Source: Raillietiella orientalis
Lineage: Eukaryota
Assembly: GCA_036172245.1 (NCBI GenBank)
Contig: JAYWIR010000004.1
Span: forward strand, 5,704,001 to 5,768,000
DNA length: 64,000 bases
Reading direction: 5' to 3'
Below the pieces are notes generated by a model. It made no database searches and was not told the DNA's origin. It was given only the letters and a program-made list of their open reading frames with translations. Each line of letters starts with the position of its first letter. Positions within the stretch are counted from its first letter, which is position 1. Made by a program: the position numbers and the translations under genes. Shown piece by piece: positions 1-14,429 of the stretch.

Positions 1-3000
1 ACTCCATCCGATGAAGATGGATATCGCCGGTATCAGCTTACGGGTTTTCCATCTGCTTTCTTCGGGCAGTGAAGGTGCCGCTGCGTCCGAAGGGAAAGGC
101 GACTCTCCCGTTGGGATCCCGCTATCTCAGGGACTCGACTGTGGTCGGGATTCCCTCAAGGAAAGGACATGCTCTTCACGGGACCGATGCCGTTGTCCCC
201 ACCCTTGTGTGGCCGCTGCTCCCGCCCTCGTGTTCGGAAACTTGCTCTGCGCCTCCCGGTCAAGTTTCCCTTGTGGAAACTGAGCGGCGAGATCATTCCT
301 GAGAAACCCAAGGATACCCTTCCTCTCTTTCCTCTTCAATTTCCGATCTCTTTTTCCGAGCAGAAGGAAGACGAGTTGTCCCAACGGAGACCGCAACCGC
401 CTCCTCCTAAGCCTCCCAATCCCCCTTCCCGACCCCCTCTCTATAAAGGAGGGGAAGAAAAGAAGCCTTTGTAGTAGGATGCTGTATGGTATTCCCGCTC
501 CCAAGTGCGCCAAATGGGTCACTTGCAGCAACTTCCCATTCTTTTCGCGGCCGGGAAGAGGTTGTGAGCCGCCGCCACCTGTCCAACCGCAGCCTCCCTT
601 CGCGTCTGCAGCGCCTCCGCTTCCACATCTTGCAGCTATGCCGTATGGTGATATACGCATTTTAGGATTCAGCTTCCTGCGTACAAACAGAAGGAGAGAA
701 GGAGGAGGAGGAGGAAAAGAGGAAGAAGGAAGGAGGAGGAAGGGCGGAGGAAGAGAGGAATTTAGTCATCACTCCCCGATAGGATCGAGGATCCCATTCT
801 CTAGAAGACGATGCAGAGCATCCAGCTCATCGCACCCGCAGTGTGACCCCATTCTCCTACTTTGTCCCCTCCCCTAACGCGAACAGCGTGGATCCTGGAG
901 ATCCGCCCAGCTTCTCGCGCGCCGAATTCCCATCTGCTCCACTGGCAGGAGTCCCAGCCTCCCTCATTCAGTGATGGTGAAAAGGAGAGGGGACTGGGTC
1001 TCCTCTGGGAGAGGTTTGGCGTCCGTTCCTGCAGCAGATGGGGGCGTGCCACTCCCCCAGAGCGACTCCGTTTTCGACTTCTTTCCTGACCTTGAGGGTC
1101 AAATCCACTAGAGTCAGAGGCGGAAGCGGACAAGGAGCTGCAGCCAGGGCTCCATGTAAAGCGGAAGTGGAGTGCGCCGCCACCCCTTGGAGCTTCCACC
1201 TCTCCCCTCTCCTTCCCCGCATCCGAAAGAGCAGCCAAGGGACACTGCGTTGAATCTCGCGTCGCTCCGGGCGTGTTGAGTGGGGTGCAGCGGGACGATC
1301 CGCTTTGATGGAAGGTCTCCTGAGGCCCCACGTCATCCCTCCTCGGCGGACCGGATTGCGGGCAAGAGACGTTCACCCGGAACACCGTGTGGAGCAGAAG
1401 CATGCACCATGGGGAGCAGGAATTCAGAACCTAGGATGCGGTGTCCTGCTGCCGCGCGCGAGGAGCGACCTCCTCCCTCTTCACAGTCCGCGGTCTCTGC
1501 TTTCTCTCTTCCACCCACCCTTGATCTCAGTAGGAGGAGGGCAGGAGCGAGTGGCCCTCCGCTGACCTGGAAGAGGGAGAGGAGGAGTGGAAAACGAGGA
1601 GGGGATGAGCGCTCGCGGGAACGTTCGGGAAGCCAGAGGAAACGAATTCCTCCCCCCTCCCTTCCGCCCCATCCGTCAGACGGGAAGGAAGCAATTAGAG
1701 AGGTTAATCAGGCATCCAGGATGGGAATCTCCCTGCATCCGGGCTCCGGACCTGGGGAGCACAGGAACTCGCATGCCCCCAGGCGGCGGCTACGACGCGA
1801 GGAGCAGGGGGTCTCCGCTGCGCGCTTCCAAATGCTCCCCAAGGAAGGGAAGATCTGTGCTAGCGGCGGGGTCTCTGGGTGGGGAGCGGGCACGTGCGCG
1901 CCGCTCCTTGGAAGGAGGGGGGTAGGAGGAGGAGGGAAACGAAAGGGCCATTTCCACCCTCCCTCCTTCGGGAGCTGCAAGCGGGTAAGAGCCGCCGCAG
2001 GCCGGATCTCCCTGCTCTCCTCCCCTCCCCCGTTCTCCGGTCCGTCCGTCTCGTCCCGCTCCCTCCCCCTCCCTCCTTTTCGATTTTCGTCGAGCGATGG
2101 GGCCGATCCTGGCATCGTCCCGCCACGCGCGGCGACGTCCGCCCCTTCCGCCCTACGTCCGCGCCTCTCTCCACACAGCTCCAGGGGGAACCACGAGGAG
2201 AAGGGAAGAGGGAGTATGAGGGTGGGTAGGGTGTGGGGAACTTCGCGAGCCAGTCCCTCTCTCTTCCCTTGGGGATTTCCTGAAGGTTTCCGGGAACGCT
2301 TCTTGGACGTGGAGAGAGAGCGCGGGGATCTCCACCGGGACGGATCAGGAGTCGGAAAGGAGGGATTCGAGGCTCGTCCTGATGCAGACCCCTTGGGGAA
2401 CGAGAGCGGGGTCTCGAGGACCGGGAAAGGGAGAGAGGAGAGGACGAGCTGGATGACTGGGATTCTCGCAGAACGGCAAGACCGAGGTCCTGAGGCAGGA
2501 AAAGGGGAACGCGCAGAGACGTAGAGTAGGGCAGAACAGGACGCCAGGGGGATGCCGACACAGTCACCCAGAGTCTCCTAGGAACGGAGCTCTCCCTCAA
2601 AGAAGGAGCGGGTCCACCCTCCTCCGCTCACCATTGGAGGCGGGACGGTGCCGGAGGAGAGAGCCTCTTCCACCTCTGTGGTTCCCGCGGATCCCTGCAT
2701 CCGGACTGCGGAGGGAGCAAGAAGGAGTGAGAAGGAGGAGAAGGAGGAGAAGGATCTTGTTTCTCCTCCTCAGTCCCCAGGAAGCTTCTTTCATCTCTCG
2801 GCTTACAACCGGTCGTTTCCCGAGCTTCCTATGCGCGGCAGTTCCTTCCTGAACCGAGCCCCTTTCCTTCCCTTCTCTCCGGTAGCCTGCGTGCAGAGGT
2901 CGCTTGCCCGCACTGCTCCAAAGGCAGGATCGGAGGCGGTTCCTCTCCGTGTCCTCTACCGCCTCTAGGAAGGGCTTTCCTTCCCCGATATTCCTCGGAG

Positions 3001-6000
3001 AGTGCCTCACTTCGGCCGCGCCCTTGTCCCGTCGTTGTCAAAGCGCTTCGAGGTAGAGCCTCCGTCGAACGCATGCCAGCACTCCCTGAGCCCCAGGCCG
3101 GATGCGCCCTGGCCTTTCGCTCTGTCCAAAGTCCTCACTGCCACCAGTCTGCAGCCGGGAAGCTCTCGTCAGGGGCACCAGAAGGGGAAAGGGGTTGACA
3201 GGAGAAAGGGCAGGGATGGGTGGGAGCGACGAAAAGTGGGGTGCCCGAGAACCACCGGATGGACAGCGCCGACGCTTCCTCGTCCCTGGCGGAGGAAACC
3301 TGAAGCCTCTCTTTCTCGCCCGTGGGGCGCAGAGGCAGCTCCTTCATCACCTCCCAGCTATGCAGATGACGCAGAACCCTGAACAAGGAAAGTCGAGAAG
3401 AATGCAAGGTTGCTGCTGCTGCTGCCTTTACTCCTCGTGGAAGAATCTCTTTCTCCGTCTGGAAGTTAAGGAATCCAGCGTTCAGGGAGCGCCGGCGCTT
3501 TGAGCATGCCTGGACAAGAGGCGTGGCCAAGGGGCGGAGTGCTCCCTGATTCTGCTCAGCGTGCTGAGGGAGGGGCCAAGGAGAGGGAAGAAGGTCACAT
3601 TCACTAGGAGTCCGGTGACCGGCTATAGGAGAAAAGGGGCGATACCAGGGAGGAGAGGCCTTTCTGGAGACACCAAGGACATGAAAGGGAACTATCACCG
3701 AGATCTTCCTTCAGCTACGATAAGTTCCTTCCGTCTAGAGGGAATGGTGGGGTTCGAACCCGTTGCAGGAGTAATGGAAAGTGCTGAAACCAAGAGGAGC
3801 TCAGGAGGGCAGTTTCCTACGAAAAAGCATGCTCGCCCTGGACCGCCTCGGTCCGTCGTTTCTTTTTGCTTTTCCGGATACGGAAAAGATAGACACGCGC
3901 CACGTCAAGGACCACGAGAGATGGATAGGACGCTCGTCACTGGAGTGAAGGGTGGGCAGATAATAGGCAGGTGTGCTCTTCCAGAACCGATCTTACGAGA
4001 TACTTCCATCTTCCTGAAGGTGGCATCCCTCTGACGTAGTGTGTCGCTGCCCCGAATGGCTCGAGGTTTCGTGCGCATCTGATCTTTCCGAGAGATAATC
4101 TCCAAGATGGATCTCTCAAGACGCTGAGGAAAAGAGATTCCGCTGTCCTGGCTCTTCTGCCTTGGCCTCATGAGGAGCACCAAAAACCATGTGGAAATTT
4201 CCGCATCACCAGCTTAATGTAGAATTTGAACTGTCTGCTGAGGTTGCCATGCAGAACACCGAGGCATCGCTCCTCCCGTCGCCCTCAATTTAGCCGTTTC
4301 CTTGCTGACAGTGGGATTCTGTCGACTCTCAGCACCAACGTCAACCGGACATGAGCGAAAAGTTCCGCTTCTCTGTCTTTTAGGTTTCTTTGGTCGAACC
4401 CGTCCTTTCACGAAATTTCTAACACTTCAAGACCAACCAAATTCCTCCTCCAATGAGGAATGATTATGCAGACAGTAATAGGTTCGAGAAAACCTCGTAT
4501 GAGATCATCTCCTGACCCGTTCTTACAAAACGGCACTCTCCAGACTTTTTCGTCTCTTAGGAAGCCAAATGACCCATTCCTTCTTCTAGAGGAGAAGTCC
4601 AAGGCTCTGGAGCTGCTTCAGGCACTCCAGGAATGTTTTTCCGTTCCTGTCTGGCTTTTTGTGTGGTTCATCTTCGAACTGATAGCTAGAATTCGGCGAG
4701 TAGGGTTAACAGATTCTTCTGCCGCCTTCTAGAGGCAGTTGCAGTGGGAGCTGTGACTTCTCATCATCGCAACCTTAAGCACAAACTGCATTAATCCGCA
4801 CTTCTTTGATATACACCAGTTCAATTTTGCTTCTTGGCATTTTCAGGAAGATGAAGAAGATAAAAAAGAAAATTCATGAGTTTCATCTCTACTGGCTCCT
4901 CACCACAGGGATTTCGATCCCTTTTTTCTTCACTCTTCACCCAGGTCTTGTCCTTCTCGACTGAGAAGACAGAAGAGTTCAGCAAGACGCTTCCTCAGAA
5001 CTCTATTCGTCTGTCTACAGCTTCCGGAACCGATCAACTCGAATGATCCCAGGTGACGACATTCCCGGACCTGTTCCGCCGCGATCAACACATCCCTCAG
5101 AGAGATCCATGGCGGAGCCTTTACTTGCAGAAAGCTCCTCTTTTCCTCCACGATCTTTTCCTCCAGGACGTTTTCCTTTCCGAGGATTCTTAAGGGACGA
5201 ATCCCTCAATTCATTAAGAAAACGTGCTGATCGTCCAATTAGGTTGCAGGCAGTGATGCTTGCGGATAGATGCGAGAAATCTCCCTACAGCACGATCTAT
5301 TTAATCCCCTCAGAAAATTGCCCTGGTGCCTTCGCCTTGCAGCAGCGCCAACGCCATGTTCTCTTCTTTGCCTGTTTCCTCTCCTTTGGCGCGAAACACG
5401 AAGGATAGGGGTCTCTTTTTCCCGGGGCAGCGCATTGTGGAGAGCGAGCACTGGAACCGTGGAAACACGACATATCAGATGCTTGATCCTGAGAGAAGAC
5501 GTCTGAGTTGTGCATTACAGCGGAGAGCGTCCTGGAGGCAGATTGTCCAGAAACTTGACGTAACGGCTCCATTCTCTCCATCATGAGGGTGAGAGCAGTG
5601 AAGTGCAAGTTCGGAAGCTCTTTGAGTAGGTCCGCGTGTGCCATCGTGACGGCTCACGCCACGGAAACTCACGACCTGCCATGTGTGCTCGTGCCAACTT
5701 GTGCTAGAACACATTTCCCGATTAGTAGTCCATGAAGTTTCAGATGAGCTGGGAGAATGTATAGAAAATCGGTTCCTAACCCCCTATTGGCTCTGAAGTC
5801 TTTCTCCTTGTGGCAAACCTATGCGTGACATCCAGAGCTCACCTTAGCACTCCCAGCACAGACATCTTCTGACACCGGACTCATACGGTGAGGATCTCAT
5901 TTCAGCGTTTCCGATGCAGCCCTTTGGGGACTCTCATTGAAGCATCGTAGCAACCGAAGCACAGCGAACTCTTCAAGCCTCCAAGTCCGCGAACGACGAG

Positions 6001-8678
6001 TGGAAAGGAGGGGGAACGAGGGAGCAGGAAGCTTTGTTACTCTCTTTTTGGGGAGAGTTTTCGACCAAGGTGCGAGCCGAAGATGGAATGGGACACGGAC
6101 CTTGCTGTATAATTGGAGGCGGTTTTGTAATTGTAGATGGAGGCGAACCTGCGGAAGTCAGAGCACATCGGAATAAGGACGAGAGGAGTCTCGCGGAAAC
6201 ATCGTGAAGGTCACCTTCCACACGGGATCGCTCGCCGGCTGCTTTCACAGTGAGTCGGCGTTCGAGTTTTTAGTCGCAAACGTAGCCAGTTTCTGTAAGT
6301 GTCTCGAACTTTCTTGATAGATTCTTTCCCTTTATAGTGAACATTCTTCTTCTCACAGACAGGACGGTAGTTGTCCGGCCAAATTCACTCTGCGAAATCT
6401 TCACATGCCTGTGCCTCGCGCTTACGAAGGGAGGAGCCAAAGAGCCTTTGGCGTGTCAGATATCCTGCGACCCACCTTTATGGTGAGCGTCTCCTCTCCC
6501 GGACAGACAAACTGCTACTCGTGAGTGATCCTTAGCAAGGATTCGAGTGGGAGTGGTTCCGTGAGCAAGAAGGTCTACATTGATGATCTGGGAAAGATTT
6601 CCGCTCCTTGTTCCCGATGAAACCCGTCTCATATCAGACGACTGGTCTCCTGTTGATCTTTGAGACCTCGGGCGGCACTCGTTTACCCCGTGCCTCACCG
6701 ATCAAACCGTCCTTCGTCTCGTCGGAGGACAGAAACCGTGAAGGTAGCGGAAACAGCAAAACGTTCGACTCCAAGAGGGGTCAGCTTCGAAGATTGAGAC
6801 CAGGACCGTAGCCACTCCGCAAGGTGCGCAGCGGAGTTTTTCTTTTTCACGTTCACTTTGCAGCCTTTTTTTCTTCTTCCTCCTGATCACGTTGTTTTTT
6901 TTCTTCTCTGCACCAGATGCACATCCAGATCGGCGTGTGTTTCTTACACGGGAAAAAAAAAAAAAAATGGTACGTTTCACGTGAGCGGGAACATTCCACG
7001 AAAAACAAGGAAAAAAAATCCCCCCTTCCTCCCCAAAACGAATGTGCAAGAGTACGAATCGAAAAACAGGATTCGGAATATCTCAAGAGCCAACAGAGGC
7101 AACAAAACACAGTACAAGATAATTTGAGATCCAAATCTTCGAATTAATCAAAAGCTATCTTGGAACCCATCCTTACTTAGCAGCAACTTCTGTTTTCCTC
7201 AGCCGTGCACTATAGAGAACGCATTTCCAAATCATTTAGCAAAAGCCTGGAGAGACTCGCGAACCCTTTAAATCGCGGGGACCTCATCCACAAGATGGAT
7301 CGATCTCATCCTTGTGTGCAATGGCGAAATAAATCCAGTAAACTGAGAACAATACAGCAGTTCTTTGTTGTAGATCTTCGCGAGTCGCATTGTGTGTTTT
7401 CTGCATGTGTTTTCGGGAATCGCAGTCGTTGCTAGGAACAGAATCCTTTAATGCCCTCCTCCTGCGGGGAGAGAGAGAAAGGGAGACAGAGACAGCGGAA
7501 TCCACTAAGCCATAAACCAGAAAGTTCGGTTCCAGTGAATCAGAGGGAAATGGAAACATTTTCTGCTGCTTGGGAAAAAATGCTCTCAAGCATCGTGATT
7601 GATAGCAACACAGATCGGAGGTGTCTGTGTAGTTAGTGTATACTCAGGAATAACACGGACCGAAGCAAACCAATCATGAGTTTGGAAACTCCTGTGGCAC
7701 CTACACGGAATGGGGAATGCAAATTGTCCATTCCTGGAAAACAGCGTCGATTTTAATTAAGACGGATAAAAGAAGATGAAGAAGATGGATCCAATAAAAA
7801 TGATGAGAGTTTAGTGAGGTTACGGGGAGAGTAGCTCCTCCAAATTTTAATAGATGCGCGAGGAGAGGCATTCATTAGTGAGGATCTCACTTTTGTTCGT
7901 CACTCCGGTTCTGCCTTCAGCGAACATCTGTTCTTAATCAGCTCCATTCTGGAGGCACAGACATCCCACGAGTTAACGACCGTCGCAGTATGAAGCAAAA
8001 TCACCCATTTTAAACCCTTTCCTTCTCCGTTAAAAATTAGGGGATCAAAAATGCTAATTCCTCTTCAGTGCAGGACGTTGTCTTCTGACCGACGAATTTC
8101 CGTGCATTGAACGCGACGCGTGTTTGATGTTTTCGAGGAGATGGCACATTTCCGTGCTAATTAAATGGATCCCAGTTTCCCAGTACCCAAAGCCTAACGC
8201 AGGATTAAATTCTTAATAAAGGCAACGCATTGAATTTTCGATTAGTGCAACGAGAGATTTTATTTGGTTCACAAACATCTGAAATGAAGAACAAAGCAAA
8301 GCGAATCCTCTCTCCCTCTTTTTGTTTCCTTTTTTTTTTTTTTTTTTCGTCATGCAAAGGAAAAACGGAATTGGATCGAACAACGCAGATTCAAGAGTGC
8401 ACCATAATATTCCGAAGCTTCTCTTGCAATGCCCCGCATGACACGCCAAACACCTCGCAAATGAATACATTATACAGTTTTTCCCTTTCCGCTATCTCTC
8501 CTTGCTGATGGCTCCAGTGTTTGCTTAATGCTTACTCCTCTGTTTGGAGAACGATGATGCACCTACCATATCATATTTCAAGCATTTCAATTAGTCTTAT
8601 CTGGGGAAACAATAAGCAAATAGACAAAAAGAGCACGCACGAGATTATCGAACAATTTCACGAGTTTTCTTGCAGGTA

Positions 8679-8718
8679 GAAATGTCCTGGATAATTAATT
8701 TAATTATCCTGGCATTTC
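8679..8718. repeat. near-perfect 40-bp palindrome
   Basis: Core GGATAATTAA-T-TTAATTATCC (8689-8709), flanked by GAAATG(T)CC and GGCATTTC. Confidence 0.85.
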
Positions 8719-9139
8719 CACTGCGATAGCATTTTAGCACGTGAGCTTCCTTTCATTCGATCCCACTGAAAAGGTCTGAATGAGAGTTTGTACTCTAGAA
8801 TTTTCGGGATTTCTCTCGAAACACCAGAGCTTGAGACCCGGTGGAAGCTCGGTGGAAGCCAGCTTGATGTGTTCAGAGCGTGGGAGCTGGACTCGATTTC
8901 CCGCTTCGCTGAGACCTCAGGCGACGACGTCTTGCGGTGTCCAACTGTTCCTCGTGCGTAGGAGATCCTTGAGGATTTTCCAGCAGCAACCTCGCAAGCT
9001 CTGCCCCTGAGAGTAAAGACCTCAAGAAGCGAGCACGGCTCTTAGGCCCAGGAGGTGCTTGATGGCCCGACCTACCGGATCAAGGAAGTGATTCAGGGAA
9101 ACGGCGGTGGTTTCTGGTCTCCCTCCAGCCAACAAGGCG

Positions 9140-9450
9140 GGCTGGCTCAAGACCCTGAGCAGACTTCACTTGGCGTCACGTGAGGAGTCCAGTCATCGTG
9201 CTCTCCTCTTCCTGCCCTTGTGAGAATTCGGTGGTAGTGTTGAAAGAAGCACGACAAGGGAAGGAGAACAAGTACCAGGAACTGTTTCTTCTTTTCTCTG
9301 CCAAAGGAGTTCCGGCTTAAGTGAGAACATGAGTGGCAGGATACCAAAAGGTCTGGAACCCAAGAGACTACAAAGTGTTCACAGAACCCTAACACGCGAG
9401 AGAAACCCAAAATGTCTACCAACAGCACAGCTGGGGCGTGTATTGGGTTT
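9140..9450 (+). mobile_element. decayed restriction-like endonuclease (RLE) end of an R2/NeSL/Utopia-type non-LTR retrotransposon
   Basis: The frame from 9213 reads CPCENSVVVLKEARQGKENKYQEL..FSAKGVPA*VRT*VAG...VWNPRD. This matches the RLE pattern (vDVT)xPFEN...AR..K..KY..L...G...V...vG..G.W.P.N, with internal stops. Confidence 0.55.
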
Positions 9451-11550
9451 ACCTCCTGGAACACAGGCCAATGTGAAGGGTGCGCACGGAGGAATTCATC
9501 CATGCTTACAAATGGTGTGCTGGGACGTGCCCAACGACCAGAATTCTACAGAGGATTCTTCGCCTTAATGCGGATAATCTCAAGAGTTTTCCTCATCTTG
9601 TCTCCAGTAGATCATCTGGCCATCTCTGAAGTGCCCCATGTTGCAGCACATCATGCCCCTGATTTGTTCCTTCCCTTCGTTTCAGGGCCTTAGCTTCTCT
9701 GACGACTTCGTCGTCCCCTGGATCCTGGTTTTGAGAATCCTGCCCCGAACTGGAATCCCCCCCCGGATGCCAGTGAGGGCTCTTGGCTGGATAGAAAGAG
9801 CTGATCCTCCGCATTTAATCTCCTCCTTTCTTCTTGCCTTCTCTAGTACTGTGCAGCAGAAGACTCCTAGGGTCAGGTGACGCCAGGTGACCGTGCTTTC
9901 CAGGTTCCCTGAGAATCGAATCCGATCGTACGCAGGAATCCGTTCAGGGAACGGGTTGATTGGAGGCCACCAGTCTCTCCCACTTTGATCTTAGCCGAAA
10001 GGCCGAGAAGCGATACTTTTTCTTGAGCAGCCTTCGTGGTCCATGATACTGGTTCGTTGCCTCTATCGATGGTTGCTCTCTCGTTTCAAATACGGTGGTC
10101 AAGGATATGGCTGAGCGATTCCTCCCAGACCACACACCTCCTGAACGTGCTCCTGGTGGCTATCTCATGGGCGCTGCCTGCACAAGCGGTGGTGGATCGA
10201 GTCTCGTTGCACGCAAAGAAAATTACAATCGAGGAGTCTTAAATTTTCAGGAAGAGAGCTGACTCACGACACTGCCTCAAAGGGAATGTGGCCTTCCCAG
10301 GGTCGAGTGCACTTTCGATGAGGGGGAAAGCCATGCTTTTCCCACTCTGGATGCTCTGGGTTGTGCGCAGGCTGGAGGTGATTTTCTTCTCCATGTGACA
10401 GTTTGGAGCTTCATTCCATGGAGCACAGGAGGTGAAGTTCTTGATCCTGGGTTCGTCTCCCTTTCAAGTTCTCCGCTCCCGTTGAACATACTCGTCTTCT
10501 TGCTACCCAAATGCTCCTGGCATCCCTGCAGGGCCTCATAAATTTCTCTCCGACTGATTTTTACACGAATGCTCCCAATCCTCATCCGTTTCAGCAGCTC
10601 TCTCAGTCAAATCTTTGGAATCCTCCGTAGTGTTTTTCCGGGGAGCTCCTGAAATGCCAGATCCACGAAGCTCGCAGTTCAAACCAACTGCCTGTGGGGA
10701 CGTCTTCGGTCTCGTTCGGAAAATCTTGAGCTCTCTGAGCGATCAGCACATGCGTAATTACCGGTTGCCCTTCCCAATGGATTCTTCATAAGTTGCCTCG
10801 CAACTGTTGTTCAGGAATGTCCGGTCACCTGTCTTCCTGAAAGTTTCCACCGTTAGTAGTGTGTCAGGAAAAAAGAAGTAGAGAATTCGATCTTTGCCTT
10901 AGGGGCAGTGTGTTATCCAGAGATCGATTCGATCTCACTCGATTAAGAGCTACGCCGATGAGAGGCGGCTTCCAGCAGCTTCCGTGGATATGCAGCCCAG
11001 GAAGCGTCCCTGCAGCACGCGGCGAACGGTGGTGCAATCACCGAAAGACATGATGAATTCATCGCCCAGTTCAGAAGGCCTTCCAAGAAAGACTGCAGCC
11101 TCCTACCTTAATGGTGCTCCGGAGCGAAGAGCGAGCAGTCGCGCCCGACTTCGAGCCTGTACGTTCGAAAGCGACCAAAAGGCGGGAGCCAGGAAAAGGA
11201 GGCAGGGAAAAGTACTGGAGATTGGCTGTGAACGTCACTTCCAGAGGGGCTCCAGCCTGGTGCGCGGGACCCAGGAAACCACGAGCCCAAGTCAAGAAGC
11301 CTCGAAATCCCACAGAGACAAAGCGATCGATCGAAACGGGAGATGGCGAGAAGCGACATCCAGCACTCCCGGCTAAAAGAGTGTCCCGGGGACAACGAAT
11401 AGACCGCTGGGACGACCATGAGAAAAGGAAAAATACGAGGAATGCCTTGTCCCAACATCTTTTTCGCACAATACACACCGGGCATTTCCTTTTATTTGCT
11501 TGTTCTTAGGCACACTCCTGCGATTGGCGGCCGCATGGTGCGCCGTTCGA

Positions 11551-11701
11551 GTTCAAATCCCACCCGGCCGAGAGATGGGTGCGTCGTGGGATTCGAGTTC
11601 CTCCTGCAAGATGACTCTGGTTGATTTCTATTCGGGTGAGGCACTGGTAGCTGAAAAGTCCCCGCTGACTGGCCGGAATTGGAAGTCGACCCCCCGGGGT
11701 C
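11551..11701 (+). repeat. dispersed repeat, copy A (related to 51569-51742 and, partially, 52489-52546)
   Basis: Ordered blocks shared with copy B: TTC(A/G)AATCCC, GCGTCGTGGG(A/T)TTCGAGT, CTGGT, TTCGGGTG..GCACTG, G.TGA.TGGC.GG, GAAGT.GACCC..GGGGTC. Confidence 0.65.
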
Positions 11702-14429
11702 TTTCCCTCAGGGAAAATGTGAAAATGGAGCCCTCCTCCTTCCCTCAGGGAGGGACCCATGGTTGAGGACTCACTCACTTGCGAACGCCGAATGATGGTC
11801 GGAAACGGTGGAAGACACGGAGGATTCCCCCGTAAGTCCACGTAGCCGAGCGATGCTCCAGCTCCCTAGTGATGAGAAAGATCCTTCATCTCGATGTATT
11901 CTCCTACGAGGCGATCTTTCTCGGAAAAAAAAAAAAAAAATTGCATCGCCGTTTCTGGGCGGATTCCGAAAAGCAGTTCCTGCTGCCCGTGCGGAAGGGT
12001 GCCTTCTCATTCATGCCGGACGCGATGTTTGCAGTCACCGATGACGTGTGCAAGGTGGAGTAAGAATAAAAACATGACCGATCCGAAATCATCTCTTCAC
12101 TTCCAGACTCGGATCAAACTTGTGGCTTTTGTTGCTAGGCACATAGATAATATCACTGCAGTAGTGAATTCTGGGGTTTGGGGTTTCCAAAGTGGGGGGT
12201 TCGAGCATTCCTCGCGAAGAACTTCCGGAAGGTGAAAAATCATCGATTACCGAAACAAGGAATCAAGCCTTTCTGTGATGGGGATATCCCCATCCTGAAA
12301 TGGAATAGAGGCCATTCTGACGTCTGGAAGCTTCGATGCAAACTTCCAGACGCCGTTTCATTTTCATTGGATTATGTCATCCTCCCCTTCTCATCAGGTT
12401 GCTTTTCGAAAATAATCTGGAAAGAGTTTCTCAATAAATGCCGATGCAATAAAAGTTGAAGTGAAGATTTTCGTCCTCCGCAACGCACTCATCAAAATTA
12501 ATTATCCCATCCAGCAATCCATAAAAACAATGGAATTAAAGCAGCTGAAGCAATCGCGGAGTTATGAGATTATTCATCAACATCGTAAAAAATGTTTTAT
12601 CGCGTAAAACCTTTCGTTCCGCTCGCTAGAAGAGCGGCGTGGTGTGACTTGTCCTGAATGTTTGAGCCATCCCCAAAACGAGTCTGTTGCAGAAGGTGGG
12701 ATGCTCTCGAAAAGACTGGCGGGAACGATTTTCGGGTTGTTTCGTCTCGTGAAGGCTCCCTCAGGTGAGACGCGTTGCTTTGCGTATCCTTTTTTTTTTT
12801 CTTCTGCATCACAATAGTAAAGTTACATCAGAACCATCGTTCGAGACGAAGGTGGCACGGGCAATAACATCTGAGTTTCCTTTACCCCTTAGTTCTCCTC
12901 TTGTTCCCCGAACCTCCTGCTTGCAGTAGTGATCGTTTCTCATTTGTTTGAGAAATCTTTCTGGGAGGAACGGGGGGAGAGGGGGGGAAGTGTTTGTTTT
13001 GAAATAATCATAATCATAATAAACTGCATGTAAGAGGATCATTGAGGATAGATTGAACCGATGGAATAAAGAACGTCAGTTTTGCTATAGTGCTGACCAG
13101 TAATATCGATTAAGAGGGTGGCAATACTGCTATTAGATTCTCTGCGTGCCAAGCTGGTATGTTTCCCTTTACACGGTCGTTTTGTTCTCGTCGGTTGATG
13201 TACTTACGCTGTGATTTATTCGCCTTTTCTCTTTTTACCGTTATTTTTTTAATAAATACACTCAAGAAAACATGAAACCGAAACGTGTTGCAGCTCCAGG
13301 CGCTAATGAGGCGAGGTCGATCGAGAAAATGGAAAATTTTTTCGAATGGCTCGAGAAGGGGGAACGTCTCCGGTTACGGTCATTCGTGCAAATGACGTTG
13401 CTCGAATCAAGATTCATAAACAAGTGAAAGCATCTGAGCAACAGCTTCATCCAGATCTCAGCACGTATGGGAGTGCAAATTGCAAGGTTGTTAGGCGATC
13501 ATGCAGGTGATCAAGTAAATAACAGCAGGCCTGCAGCGCTTAACACGATCGTGCGGGAGCGGGTATTAATCGCATCAGCAGCACATGGCCGTCGTCTATA
13601 CCAATGCCACCACCGATCAAAGTTTTTTCAGGCAGATTAGTGGAAGCAGGCGAATTTGGGGGGTCCGAATTGCAAGGAGTTATGGAAAGATCAAGACAAG
13701 AGGGATGTCTTCCCGATCGAGCCTTCAGCCTCGGCGAAACGAAGCCCGCATGAAAAAAGCAGTCTACGAAAAGCCTCGATCCGCTCACATGCGCTGCATG
13801 TCAGTACGTGAGTTCAAGAGTCTTAAAAGATAGATCCGGTCTCAAAGATAGTCTTAAAGATGCATTATCATGAAAGATTTACGTCGTCGATGATAACGCA
13901 TCTGGATATTTTAAGCCTTCGTTAGTTCCTTGTTCTTTGAAGGGAAAAGGTACAATGCATTCACTATCAGTTTTGTGATGCAGAGAGAAGATGCAGACCT
14001 CTGCAGGATCATTTCATACTTGATTTAGCAACCGTTTCATTCACGGGGTCTGAGGTTAGTTGGCACTGACAAGAAAGTGAGTGTCCTCCAAAATTTAGTT
14101 TTGTTAGATAGTACTTCCGCTCGCAATTCAAAAACCTCTAAACGTTTTCCCATCCGGTTTGAACATCATGTTCTTGCAGCTTTGTCACCCCACCCTTCAG
14201 TCTCGGGAGAAGATAATAGTAAAGGTTAGAAGAGACTTTCTGCAGTCAAGACTATATCGGCTCCTTGGAAGACCATGGCAACATCAGTTCAGGAATCTTC
14301 AAAACTTGGAATGGAGTCTTCGGTGGTTTATGGGCATCCTTTTTTGTTCAAAGTAGCACTTGAATCGGAAGGTTTTCGCAACTAGGAACCGACAAGATTA
14401 GCCAGAATCTTAAGAGAGGTAAAATTTGA

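Noticed and set aside
1280..2524. 414-aa ORF and the other long overlapping ORFs in GC-rich 1-4 kb, 16-20 kb and 25-27 kb
   Set aside because: Low-complexity R/G/S/P-rich translations open in several frames on both strands, with no recognisable domain. This is expected from high GC and purine/pyrimidine tracts.
11500..11575. tRNA gene suggested by GTTCAAATCC (also GGTTCGAACCC near 3750)
   Set aside because: No cloverleaf, acceptor stem or clear A-box could be built; treated as part of a repeat.
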